Shown here: piece by piece, positions 36,550-45,654 of the stretch
Layout of the letters: the number at the start of each line of letters is the position of its first letter
Position numbering within the stretch: the first letter of the stretch is position 1
Source of the DNA: an uncultured Chloroflexia bacterium
GTDB lineage: Bacteria > Chloroflexota > Anaerolineae > Anaerolineales > UBA4823
Direction of reading: 5' to 3'
Length of the DNA: 64,000 nucleotides
Assembly (NCBI GenBank): GCA_963809805.1
Contig: CAWELB010000008.1
Coordinates: 446,356-510,355, forward strand
The notes under the pieces: generated by a model
Seen by the model: the letters and a program-made list of their open reading frames with translations, nothing else
The model's database searches: none
Told to the model about the DNA's origin: nothing
Program-made: the position numbers and the translations under genes

Positions 36550-39500
36550 CTAGTGTTGAACGGAATCAGGCGGAGGTGTAGGTGTCGCTGTTGGCGTGCC
36601 TTCATCCGGCGGTGTAATCGTTGGAGTTGCTGTAGATGTGGGTGTTCCAGTTTGCGTAGGCGGTAGCGTAAAGGTGGGAGTTATGGTGGGTGTAACCGTG
36701 GTAGTTGGCGTCACTGTTGGGGTCGGGGTAGATACCAACATATTGAGATGAATTTTTCGTTCTGCGTATCCGCCCCTGATACTATTCATGGTTATCTTTA
36801 AAGTAATTACACCCTGTGGAATATCTTTCAAATCCCAGGAATATATTTTGCCAGGCTGACTCACAGGCTGATTATTCTCTACCAATCTTTTCCATTCAAC
36901 CGGATTATCCCCTAATCCATAATCAATTGAATAGTTAAGAAAATCAGCGGAGACATCAATTTTCGCATAAATATCTAACGGTGAGTTGGTGATCATTTGC
37001 CCTTCTGTGGGCGAAGAAAATTCGATGATAGGGTGAGGATCACCGGCCTGACAGTCACGTGTGGGAGCGAAACGGATTGGATCCGTAAACCCCAAACCAT
37101 TCGCCCATTCTTTCCCCTGCGTGTCATTTTGGATCCACCCAATCGCCCAGGGATCAGTTACATTGAGAGCGAATTCCTCTTTAGTAAAATCCTGGCAGGC
37201 TGACGAAGCTCGCAGCCCGGTCCAAGTGTCAAAAACAACCTTTGACCATAGATCCTGTGAGCTCGGTAAAGGTAACTGGTCGGCTGCGAAGAATTCTGAA
37301 CGTTGGCTTGGGCACCATTGCGATGGCTCGGTTCCAGACACTTCGCATATCACACGGTCGACAATCCCACTCGGTTTAGCGAATTCAGTCGCGTTACCGG
37401 CCATTAATTGTTGAATCGCAAATTGCATGAATTGCGCCCAAATTGGCGCTGCCCCGGTAACACCAGAAATATCATGCATCGGGCTATAATCTGCATTCCC
37501 CACCCAGACCCCCACAGCTATATCGGGTGTATAACCCAATGTCCAGTTATCCCGGTAATCATTGGATGTTCCAGTTTTTGCCGCAGCCTGAAAAGGTAGA
37601 GCCAATACTGAGTTCGCTCCAAACATCGGAGTTCGGGCAGCATTATCTGACAAAATAGACGAAATGAGAAACGCGTGTTCCGGCCGAATTACCTGGTCAC
37701 CCGCCGGGGGTTGATAGTCAAAAACAACATTACCATTATGATCCAGGATGCGCATGATTGCTGCGGTTGGTACCATTCTGCCACCATTTGCAATCACAGC
37801 ATATGCTTCAGTCATCTCAAGCAGACTGACTTCACCTCCACCCAGGGTCAGGGAAAGACCGTAATCATTTCGCGTCAGGGAAGTAATCCCCATTCTTTGA
37901 GCAACAGACAGCATTCCGTCTTCCACAGGCGTATCAGGGTTATCATAAATACCATCAAACTGAAGTGTTTTCACAGCCGGAATATTATATGAATTTGATA
38001 ACGCAGTACGTACAGTGACTGGTCCGTGAAATTGTCCATCATAATTTACCGGCACATATGGCGGTCGTGGATCGTTCGGGTTGCCGGACGGTGGAAATTC
38101 CGACGGGACATCCCAAATTAAAGTCGCCGGGGTCCACCCCTTTTCGAACGCGGCTATATACGTGATCGGCTTGATCGAAGATCCGGGTTGGCGTGTTGCA
38201 CTTATCGCCATATTTACCTGACCATCAATGGAATCATTATTAAAATCGGCAGATCCGACCATTGCGAGGATCTCACCTGTAGATGGACGTATGGCGATTA
38301 AAGCCCCATTATTGGCGTTATATTCGGTCAGCTTTTCAGTCTGCTGCCTCACTTGTTCTTCAGCAGCATCCTGGAGGATTGGGTCCAGTGTTGTGTAGAC
38401 AGAAAATCCAGACCGGTAGATGGTTTGAGAACCGAATTGTTCGTCTAGTATCTCATTTATATAGTGAATCCAATGTGGATACCTATAATGAACGATTGGC
38501 GGATTAAATTGGTAATTTTCGAGTTCGACATACGCTGCTTCTGCGCTTGCTTTATCGACCTCAACGCACGGTCTCGGCTTATTTTTATCGTGTCGATCTA
38601 TATCTACATATATGCAACCTTGCTCGCCGCTTGCTTCGAACATTAATGTCAAAACTTGCGCCTGTCTTGCACGTGTGTCTTCACGATTAGTGTAAACATC
38701 ATATTTTGAAGGTGCTTGTAGTAAACCAGCTAAGAATGAGGCTTGAGCTAAATCAAGCTTATTTGCACTGGTATTGAAATACGTCTCCGAAGCTGCTTCA
38801 ATTCCGTACGCATAATTACCAAAAAAGAACTCATTTAGATAAAGCTCGATGATTAAATTTTTATCATATTTCTGGGTAATCTTCGCAGCCAGAACTGCTT
38901 CCCTCAATTTCCGTATATAAGATTGTTCCGCACGTTCATCGGGTGAAAAATACAAATAACGAGCAAGCTGCTGAGTAATTGTGGAAGCCCCGGATACTGT
39001 ATCCCTACCTCTAAAATTTTGCCAAACCGCTCGAATGATCGCTGTCCACTCAAAACCTGGATTACTATAGAAGGTTTTATCTTCTGTGGCGATTGTTGCC
39101 GCTATCATTTCCTTTGAAATATTTTCAAATTTTACGTAAGTATGTCGGCCTGCGTTAGGATCGAGGTCCTCATAGAGTAAATTGCCGTTCCGATCGTATA
39201 TCTTGGTCGTCTCAAAGGCTGTAGCCCTTTGCTGGAAATCATCCACACTGGGTAATGTAGCTGCAATTTGGTAATACTCATACACGATGAAAGAGCCGCC
39301 CACGAGCAAGATGATGATTCCCGCAAGGACCGCCAGGATCATCATGCGAAAGAAACAACCGGCTCCCTGTACCTTAGTGAGTGAAAACCTCCTTTTGTTA
39401 GGTTTTCGATTGGTATTCTGCACTTTGGAAGAATCTGCACGCGTTTTGCTCTTCGGTTTTTGAGCAGGTGGAGATTGAGTCGCTCCTGGACGGTATCGAG

Positions 39501-39939
39501 CTTTGTATTTCTGTGCTGGATTTATTGGTGTTGGTGTGACTATATTTCTGTTTACCCGACCAGGTATGGGCATTCCATACTCATCAATAGCCGGAGCCAC
39601 TCTTTGAGTATTTGTCGCTGAAAGTACTTGGTCGCTCAAATTAGTTGGAGTTTCAGATACGGGCAGTTTTGTCTGCACCTCATCGACGGCATTTGATACC
39701 GGAGCTGTATCATCCACAATTGGTGACAAATCGGTATTCTGATCGATAGGAGGGGTTTGAATACTTCCAGTAGAATTAGATTCGTGCTTTTCTGGTACTT
39801 GATCGCCTGGTTTTGTCTCACCAGAAATTGGTTCTTCAGGTTTTTGAGGCACCATATCTGTATTCTCGCTGGAATTCAATAACCTGCGAAAACGGTTGCC
39901 TGTTTCTTTTTTCTCAGCGGATTGATTGGGATCAGACAT
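36550..39939 (-). CDS. Class A penicillin-binding protein (PBP1A-type transglycosylase/transpeptidase) with long N- and C-terminal extensions
   Basis: 1129 aa. GT51 motifs are ATEDKTFYSNPG and GASTITQQL. Transpeptidase motifs are SSIKP (SxxK), SNS and KTGTS. A ~195-aa low-complexity cytoplasmic N-tail precedes the TM helix. Extra C-terminal domains end in a 60-aa Thr/Pro tail. Confidence 0.9.
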   Translation of the reverse strand: MSDPNQSAEKKETGNRFRRLLNSSENTDMVPQKPEEPISGETKPGDQVPEKHESNSTGSIQTPPIDQNTDLSPIVDDTAPVSNAVDEVQTKLPVSETPTNLSDQVLSATNTQRVAPAIDEYGMPIPGRVNRNIVTPTPINPAQKYKARYRPGATQSPPAQKPKSKTRADSSKVQNTNRKPNKRRFSLTKVQGAGCFFRMMILAVLAGIIILLVGGSFIVYEYYQIAATLPSVDDFQQRATAFETTKIYDRNGNLLYEDLDPNAGRHTYVKFENISKEMIAATIATEDKTFYSNPGFEWTAIIRAVWQNFRGRDTVSGASTITQQLARYLYFSPDERAEQSYIRKLREAVLAAKITQKYDKNLIIELYLNEFFFGNYAYGIEAASETYFNTSANKLDLAQASFLAGLLQAPSKYDVYTNREDTRARQAQVLTLMFEASGEQGCIYVDIDRHDKNKPRPCVEVDKASAEAAYVELENYQFNPPIVHYRYPHWIHYINEILDEQFGSQTIYRSGFSVYTTLDPILQDAAEEQVRQQTEKLTEYNANNGALIAIRPSTGEILAMVGSADFNNDSIDGQVNMAISATRQPGSSIKPITYIAAFEKGWTPATLIWDVPSEFPPSGNPNDPRPPYVPVNYDGQFHGPVTVRTALSNSYNIPAVKTLQFDGIYDNPDTPVEDGMLSVAQRMGITSLTRNDYGLSLTLGGGEVSLLEMTEAYAVIANGGRMVPTAAIMRILDHNGNVVFDYQPPAGDQVIRPEHAFLISSILSDNAARTPMFGANSVLALPFQAAAKTGTSNDYRDNWTLGYTPDIAVGVWVGNADYSPMHDISGVTGAAPIWAQFMQFAIQQLMAGNATEFAKPSGIVDRVICEVSGTEPSQWCPSQRSEFFAADQLPLPSSQDLWSKVVFDTWTGLRASSACQDFTKEEFALNVTDPWAIGWIQNDTQGKEWANGLGFTDPIRFAPTRDCQAGDPHPIIEFSSPTEGQMITNSPLDIYAKIDVSADFLNYSIDYGLGDNPVEWKRLVENNQPVSQPGKIYSWDLKDIPQGVITLKITMNSIRGGYAERKIHLNMLVSTPTPTVTPTTTVTPTITPTFTLPPTQTGTPTSTATPTITPPDEGTPTATPTPPPDSVQH
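36553..36732 (-). repeat. Coding low-complexity Thr/Pro repeat (PBP C-terminal tail)
   Basis: Encodes STPTPTVTPTTTVTPTITPTFTLPPTQTGTPTSTATPTITPPDEGTPTATPTPPPDSVQH. The nucleotide sequence is a degenerate ACN-CCN periodic repeat. Confidence 0.8.
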
Positions 39940-39940
39940 A

Positions 39941-40408
39941 TTACTTGGGTTTGTTTGCTACCATCACCGTCCAGGTGCCCTTCATGGTAACTTCATCACG
40001 ATGATTTTTTAACGCAATCTCGATAACAATGGATCCACCCCCAACCCTCGGAATGGGTTTAGTCTCAATAATATTTAGCTCTGCATGAACAGTGTCGCCA
40101 ATCAGGAGTGGATTGGTAAATTTCCAATTATTGATCTCCCTGAAAGCAATCACCGTTCCTTCAAGGACGCCTGTGCGCATCGCCAGACCGGATGCGATCG
40201 ATAGACCCAACAATCCATGTGCCACTCGCTGACCAAATAGAGTTTTACCAGCAAACTCCGCATTGGTGTGAATTTGGTTATAATCACCAGATATACCTGC
40301 AAATGATACGATATCACTTTCAGTAATAGTTCTCCCGGTTGTTATGATTTGTTGACCAACCTCGAATTCATTAAACCACATGCCACGTTGCAAAGAGAGC
40401 TTAACCAT
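39941..40408 (-). CDS. MaoC-like (R)-specific enoyl-CoA hydratase / hot-dog fold dehydratase
   Basis: The motif region SGDYNQIHTNAEFA...RVAHG is typical of MaoC dehydratases. The preferred start is the ATG at 40408 (MVKLSLQRG), with GGAGG 5 nt upstream. The track start at 40456 is a TTG. The stop lies 1 nt from the PBP start. Confidence 0.8.
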   Translation of the reverse strand: MVKLSLQRGMWFNEFEVGQQIITTGRTITESDIVSFAGISGDYNQIHTNAEFAGKTLFGQRVAHGLLGLSIASGLAMRTGVLEGTVIAFREINNWKFTNPLLIGDTVHAELNIIETKPIPRVGGGSIVIEIALKNHRDEVTMKGTWTVMVANKPK

Positions 40409-40458
40409 CCGTACCTCCATAACTTGCTCAATGATCGTTTCCACTAGAAGTTCCAAAG

Positions 40459-40467
40459 ATTATAACA
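40459..40467 (-). promoter_or_regulatory. Extended -10 promoter (TGtTATAAT) for the maoC-PBP1A transcription unit
   Basis: Minus strand reads TGTTATAAT, ~50 nt upstream of the preferred maoC start. Confidence 0.4.
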
Positions 40468-40526
40468 TCCGCTTATTCATGGAAACGGGCATTAACCTAA
40501 CGATTGATCTGAAGGCAAACTAACTC

Positions 40527-42911
40527 ATGCATGATTGGAATTTTGTTCCTGACCATCCCATATCTTTGTCACTCGCAGCGGATGCCAGGTTATGTGAGAC
40601 TGATTACACTAATGACCAAATTTGGGAGTTGAATTTTGGTAATTCTGAGCCAGCTTCCATTTCATTACAAACAACCTTTGGACTTAGGGCGCGCTTCTGT
40701 CGCATATTTCCTAGATTTATATTGAACAGTCAGGTGATCAACGATCCGAAGCATTTTCATCATCCAATTACAATTCATCAATATTTCCCAAATTATATTA
40801 ATTTATCCTTCAAACCATTCTCCAGTATTAACGTCATTCTTGAGTATTGGGTTCCCAATTCTCACACAATCGCATGCAAAACGGAAATCATTAATCTGGG
40901 TCGTGAGTCATGTCAGTTTCAAATCGAATGGGCTGAGTTGCTTGCTCCTGCCGGTGAAGGGAATCGAATGTCAATCAAAGAGATCGGTTTGTCTACGATC
41001 CTGGCAGGAGAGACAACAAAATTGATCCCTGTCTTATTCCTTACCGGGGGTGCGCAATCTGGTAAAAGTCCTTATCCATCATTGAATTTAAGCTGCGAAA
41101 TTGCTCCAAAAGAAACGAAAGAAACACAATGGGCGCATGCTGCTCTTCCAGAATTAAACGCCTCCTATGAGTTGGCAAAGGAAGTCATGCATAAAAACTG
41201 GGATATTGAATTCGCCCAGTTATCACGAATGAATTCCAACCGATTAGAAATCCTTACCGGTAATCAAGACTGGGATACGGCAATCTATCTTTCTCAAACC
41301 CTGGCGGATCAATTCCTTCTACAACCAACACCTTCGTGTAAATCAACCTCTTTCGTTACTGCTCGTAATCCTGACCAGGGCTATTCCTTGCTTAAAGATG
41401 GTTCTGACTACAACTACATGTGGAATGGTCAGACACCCCTCGATTCTTATTACCTGACAAATTTTCTCCTTCCATCGTCACCTGGAATTGTTAAAGGTTT
41501 GGTCGATAACTTCCTTGCTACCCAGACACAGCAAGGAGATATCGATATAAAACCGGGTCTGGGTGGGCAACGCAGTCAGCTGCTAGCCACCCCGCTTCTC
41601 GCATACATTTCTTGGAAGCTATACGAGTACACTTCTGACGTTGAATACCTCAACAATATTTTCTCAAAGCTCCTTTCATTCTTCTTTGCCTGGTTTACAG
41701 ATAGCCATGATCGAGATCAAGACTCTATTCCAGAATGGGATCAAGCCGTTCAAACTGGGTTCGAAGAAAACCCCCTCTTTAGTTATCACGCGGGTATTAC
41801 CGGTGTGCTGGACATCTCAACAGTGGAAAGCCCTGATCTATGCTCATTTCTATATCAAGAGTGTATGTCATTGATCAATATCGCCAATGAAATTGTGAAT
41901 ATCGGAGATATTGACCGATTGGAGCAGATTGCGCACAAACTCAGAGAAGCCGTCGAAAATTCTTGGGATGACAATCAGGCTTGTTTTTCATATCGGGATC
42001 GCGATTCCCATATTTCTGCTCCATCAGTATTCTTAGGCAAGCTAAAAGGCGCGGGAGTTATCGAATTACATCAAGAATTTCCTGATCCAATTCGTCCAAT
42101 GATACAGATCAGATCGAATCGAGAAGGGACGCGGCCCGTTCAAATATTCATCCATGGTAGCTCTACAAGTGGCACTCATCGTGTGGATCATGCCCCAGCT
42201 TATCAAATTCACTGGCATCTTAATACAGCTCATTACACCAGTGATTATATTTATAAAACCATCGAACAGATAGAAGTCACAGGCATATTGCCCGATGATG
42301 AGGTAATCGTTGAAACTCCAGCATTTTCATTCGCTGACCATACGTTATTGTTACCTCTTTGGGCTGGTATACCCTCCAAGGACAAAGCAAAAATACTAAT
42401 CAATTTATCAATTATGAACAAGAAAAAGTTCCTTTGCCCTTATGGGATAAGATCTGTGATCAATTTCCAAAATATCGATGAAGCCTCGGATGAATTCTCT
42501 GCGATTCATCTCCCGTGGATAGGTTTTATCGTGGATGGAATGCTCCAATATGGTGAAGGTAAAAAAGCCGCCGAAGTATTTACTCGAATGATGAAAGCAA
42601 TCATTCATACGATGAACACAGATTTAACCCTTCATAGGATATATCACAGCGAGACTGGTAAACCTTCCGGTACAAGTAACTCATTAGACAGTTTGATACC
42701 AATCGGAACATTTCTAAATATCGTCGGAGTGAAAATAATTAACTCTTCCAAAGTTGCTATTACTGGGAGTAATCCATTTCCCTGGCCTGTCACCATAAAA
42801 TATAGGGGCTTAACAGTCGTCCAACAGGAGAAGAAAGCTGTAATCCTATTTTCAGACGGTCAAAATATCACCGTCGATAATACTCATCCACAAATTATCA
42901 GCATTGAATAG
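40527..42911 (+). CDS. Six-hairpin (alpha/alpha)6 glycosidase-like protein (GH63/GH37/MGH1-like) with an N-terminal beta domain
   Basis: 794 aa. By-eye similarity to GH63-type cores: WNGQTPLDSYYLTNFLL, QGDIDIKPG, IPEWDQAVQTGFEENP (acidic catalytic-loop-like) and CPYGIRS...LPWIGFIVDGMLQYGEGKKAAEVF. Not verified by HMM. Confidence 0.45.
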   Translation: MHDWNFVPDHPISLSLAADARLCETDYTNDQIWELNFGNSEPASISLQTTFGLRARFCRIFPRFILNSQVINDPKHFHHPITIHQYFPNYINLSFKPFSSINVILEYWVPNSHTIACKTEIINLGRESCQFQIEWAELLAPAGEGNRMSIKEIGLSTILAGETTKLIPVLFLTGGAQSGKSPYPSLNLSCEIAPKETKETQWAHAALPELNASYELAKEVMHKNWDIEFAQLSRMNSNRLEILTGNQDWDTAIYLSQTLADQFLLQPTPSCKSTSFVTARNPDQGYSLLKDGSDYNYMWNGQTPLDSYYLTNFLLPSSPGIVKGLVDNFLATQTQQGDIDIKPGLGGQRSQLLATPLLAYISWKLYEYTSDVEYLNNIFSKLLSFFFAWFTDSHDRDQDSIPEWDQAVQTGFEENPLFSYHAGITGVLDISTVESPDLCSFLYQECMSLINIANEIVNIGDIDRLEQIAHKLREAVENSWDDNQACFSYRDRDSHISAPSVFLGKLKGAGVIELHQEFPDPIRPMIQIRSNREGTRPVQIFIHGSSTSGTHRVDHAPAYQIHWHLNTAHYTSDYIYKTIEQIEVTGILPDDEVIVETPAFSFADHTLLLPLWAGIPSKDKAKILINLSIMNKKKFLCPYGIRSVINFQNIDEASDEFSAIHLPWIGFIVDGMLQYGEGKKAAEVFTRMMKAIIHTMNTDLTLHRIYHSETGKPSGTSNSLDSLIPIGTFLNIVGVKIINSSKVAITGSNPFPWPVTIKYRGLTVVQQEKKAVILFSDGQNITVDNTHPQIISIE

Positions 42912-43019
42912 CCAGGGTAGTACGTATTTCACTGATTGATGAGAATTTTTCAAATTTCCAATTGATATATTATAAATTTTTGTTATCTTGGTATGATTAT
43001 TTATAGTACTTCCATCATT

Positions 43020-43047
43020 TTGAAATCCATGGGAATAACTGTATAAT
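43020..43047 (+). promoter_or_regulatory. Candidate promoter of prs
   Basis: TTGAAA (43020-43025), a 16-nt spacer, then TATAAT (43042-43047). A ~55-nt leader has GAGGA 6 nt before the ATG. Confidence 0.5.
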
Positions 43048-43108
43048 TTACCTACGCGTGCGCTCTCTTTTCGATCATTCCAGTCACTTGTGACTTAGAG
43101 GAAAACAT

Positions 43109-44104
43109 ATGGAATGTAAACTCAGCCCTGATGATGTCCGTATATTCAGCGGACGTTCTCATCCAGAATTAGCCGCTTCGATTGCCCTACATCTTGGGAT
43201 TCCCTTAGAAACTACCCATTTTTCTCGCTTCAGCAACGATAATTTATACATCCAACTTGGTGCCAGTGTACGCTCGCGTTCGGTTTATATCGTACAATCG
43301 TTGATTCCTCCGGTGAGTGAGCATCTACTCGAGCTGCTGATGATGTTAGATATAGCACGTGGTGCAGGTGCAAGGGAGATCCATGCCATTATCCCTTATT
43401 TTTCATATGCACGCTCTGATAAAAAAAATGCTCCCCGAATCTCCATCACCGCTCGCTTAATTGCAGATCTATTGGAGACAGCCGGGGCAACTCATGTCAT
43501 GACAATGACCTTGCACTCTCCACAAGTCCATGGCTTTTTTAGAATACCTACCGACCCGTTGACCGCACGCGGAATATTTGTAAATCACCTGCACGAGCTT
43601 CAGCAACAAACTAAGTTTGATGGTACCAATACCATCGTGGTTGCCCCTGACTACGGTCGCGCAGGATCTGCAGCCCGCCTGGCTCATCATTTTAATTTGT
43701 CTTCTATCTCTGCTGAAAAAACACGCCTCTCAGACACATCCGTGCGCATTGGCGAATTAATCAGTAAGCAGGTAGCCGGTTTTGAACGTGCGATCATCTA
43801 TGATGATGAAATTGCAACCGGTGGTTCTGTAATTACATTAAGTCATTACCTCGTCAATAGCGGGATAAGAGAAATCTATACCGTATGTACCCATGGTCTT
43901 TTCTTCGGAAATGCATTGTCTCAGATGTTAGCCATCCCCCAAATTACGCATATAATTACCACGGATACGGTGCCGATACCAATCAATAAGCGCCCGAATA
44001 ACCTGACTGTATTATCGGTTGCCCCCCTCATCGCTGATGCTATCTTCCGGAATTACACCCGCCAATCCATCGGTCCCCTGTTTGACTTTGGAGATGAAGA
44101 TTAA
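43109..44104 (+). CDS. prs: Ribose-phosphate pyrophosphokinase (PRPP synthetase)
   Basis: 331 aa. Motifs IIPYFSYARSDKK, VVAPDYG and the PRPP-binding loop IYDDEIATGGS. Confidence 0.92.
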   Translation: MECKLSPDDVRIFSGRSHPELAASIALHLGIPLETTHFSRFSNDNLYIQLGASVRSRSVYIVQSLIPPVSEHLLELLMMLDIARGAGAREIHAIIPYFSYARSDKKNAPRISITARLIADLLETAGATHVMTMTLHSPQVHGFFRIPTDPLTARGIFVNHLHELQQQTKFDGTNTIVVAPDYGRAGSAARLAHHFNLSSISAEKTRLSDTSVRIGELISKQVAGFERAIIYDDEIATGGSVITLSHYLVNSGIREIYTVCTHGLFFGNALSQMLAIPQITHIITTDTVPIPINKRPNNLTVLSVAPLIADAIFRNYTRQSIGPLFDFGDED

Positions 44105-44128
44105 TTAACCACTATTGTGGTTTACCAG

Positions 44129-44704
44129 TTATTCGTGAAATTCTTCTACCTGATAGGTCAATACTTCTAGTTTCTTCTTCCTCCATAAATTAGCGGAGGC
44201 ACCCATTTTCATACACAACTGTTCCAGAAATTCTTCCGGGTCAGGAATTTTTTCCCACACTTGCGGCAGGAAGGTTGCTCGACGAATTCCATCCCGCAGG
44301 ACGACCCCATCGATGTGCGGTCGTAAAATCTTCGGTAATTCATCGGGGATTTCATATTTCAATAACTCGGGTCGGGTGAGGTAGGATATTTCAATTTCGA
44401 TATCCTTCATTTCCGTCGCCTGAACCGGTGGGAAGCGATAATCGTTAAAGGCAGCGGCAACTGCATGTTCCCTTACATCTTCAACCAAACTTTGATAGGG
44501 TTCCAATGCACCTACACACCCCCGCAAATACCCCTGGTATGTTAGGGTAACGAAACTAGCCCCTTCTTCTCGTAATACCGGAGACAGTGTTTCCAATGCT
44601 AATGATGGAACTGGGTTACCATTAATACAGTTTTCAATGGATTGACGGGCTAATGACAATAAAAAGGATCTCTCCGTATCAGCAAGATAATGTTCTGGCA
44701 CCAT
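44129..44704 (-). CDS. AMMECR1 domain protein
   Basis: 191 aa. Hallmark LRGCVG motif (YLRGCVGALEP). Neither Memo nor a radical-SAM partner is adjacent. Confidence 0.85.
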   Translation of the reverse strand: MVPEHYLADTERSFLLSLARQSIENCINGNPVPSLALETLSPVLREEGASFVTLTYQGYLRGCVGALEPYQSLVEDVREHAVAAAFNDYRFPPVQATEMKDIEIEISYLTRPELLKYEIPDELPKILRPHIDGVVLRDGIRRATFLPQVWEKIPDPEEFLEQLCMKMGASANLWRKKKLEVLTYQVEEFHE

Positions 44705-44793
44705 ATTTGCACTCTCCTTATAATGTCATCAGTTCTTTCTACACTATACAATTTCCTTTTTACCTCGTCAAGTATTTTCGGTAACCAAAACAC

Positions 44794-44822
44794 TTGTCAT
44801 CTCTTAATAATTAAGGTAGTAT
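44794..44822 (+). promoter_or_regulatory. Candidate promoter of the amidase/L,D-transpeptidase operon; predicts a leaderless mRNA
   Basis: TTGTCA (44794-44799), a 17-nt spacer, then TAGTAT (44817-44822), then 7 nt (caagctg) to the ATG at 44830. There is no SD at a functional distance. Confidence 0.45.
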
Positions 44823-44829
44823 CAAGCTG

Positions 44830-45654
44830 ATGAATAAAGAAGCAATCACTCCCCCAATTGAACCTGTTCAAAAATCAATGACCCAACCTAAAAGTAGCTC
44901 AGGTGGAATGTTCCGACAGCTGGAAATAATTATTGGTGTCGCTTTCGTAATCGCTACTTTATTTACTGCGTGGACTGAACCTGGCTTATTACCCGGTGGA
45001 TTATCCGAAAAGATTTCAAGTGCTCTCTCCCTTCAAAAATCCACACCCCAGCCCGGAGCTGATTATCCAACCTCTACTCCCCGTGGCAATCCACGCATTG
45101 GCATCGTTGCTGGACATATGGGGAATGATTCAGGCGCGGTCTGTTCTGATGCCTTGGGTGGAATTCGCGAAGTTGATATTAACATGTCCGTAGCTAGCCT
45201 GGTCAAGGATGATTTGGTTGCCCAGGGTTATGACGTGGATCTCCTGGCTGAATTTGATCCAAGATTGACCGGATATCACGCACTGGCTCTGGTTTCCATC
45301 CACGCCGATTCCTGTGAGTATATCAATGATCAAGCGACTGGTTTTAAGGTGACAGCTGCAATTTCTACCAAATATCCTGATCAGACTGCCAGATTGACCA
45401 CGTGCTTGCGTACGAGATATGCTTCGGTTACAGGCTTGGAATTCCATTCCGGTAGTGTCACCAGTGACATGACAAATTACCATGCCTTCAATGAGATCAG
45501 CTCCGATACCCCTGCAGCCATTATCGAAACAGGTTTTATGAACCTTGATCGAGAAATTCTCACGCAAAAACCAGATGTGATCGCAAATGGAATTGCATCA
45601 GGAATACTGTGCTTCGTCCGCAATGAAGATATCAGTGCCACCCAGGTACCATGA
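44830..45654 (+). CDS. N-acetylmuramoyl-L-alanine amidase (Amidase_3 family), membrane anchored
   Basis: 274 aa. TM helix IIIGVAFVIATLFTAW. Zinc-ligand motifs IGIVAGHMGNDSGA and LVSIHADS, plus ETGFM. Confidence 0.8.
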   Translation: MNKEAITPPIEPVQKSMTQPKSSSGGMFRQLEIIIGVAFVIATLFTAWTEPGLLPGGLSEKISSALSLQKSTPQPGADYPTSTPRGNPRIGIVAGHMGNDSGAVCSDALGGIREVDINMSVASLVKDDLVAQGYDVDLLAEFDPRLTGYHALALVSIHADSCEYINDQATGFKVTAAISTKYPDQTARLTTCLRTRYASVTGLEFHSGSVTSDMTNYHAFNEISSDTPAAIIETGFMNLDREILTQKPDVIANGIASGILCFVRNEDISATQVP

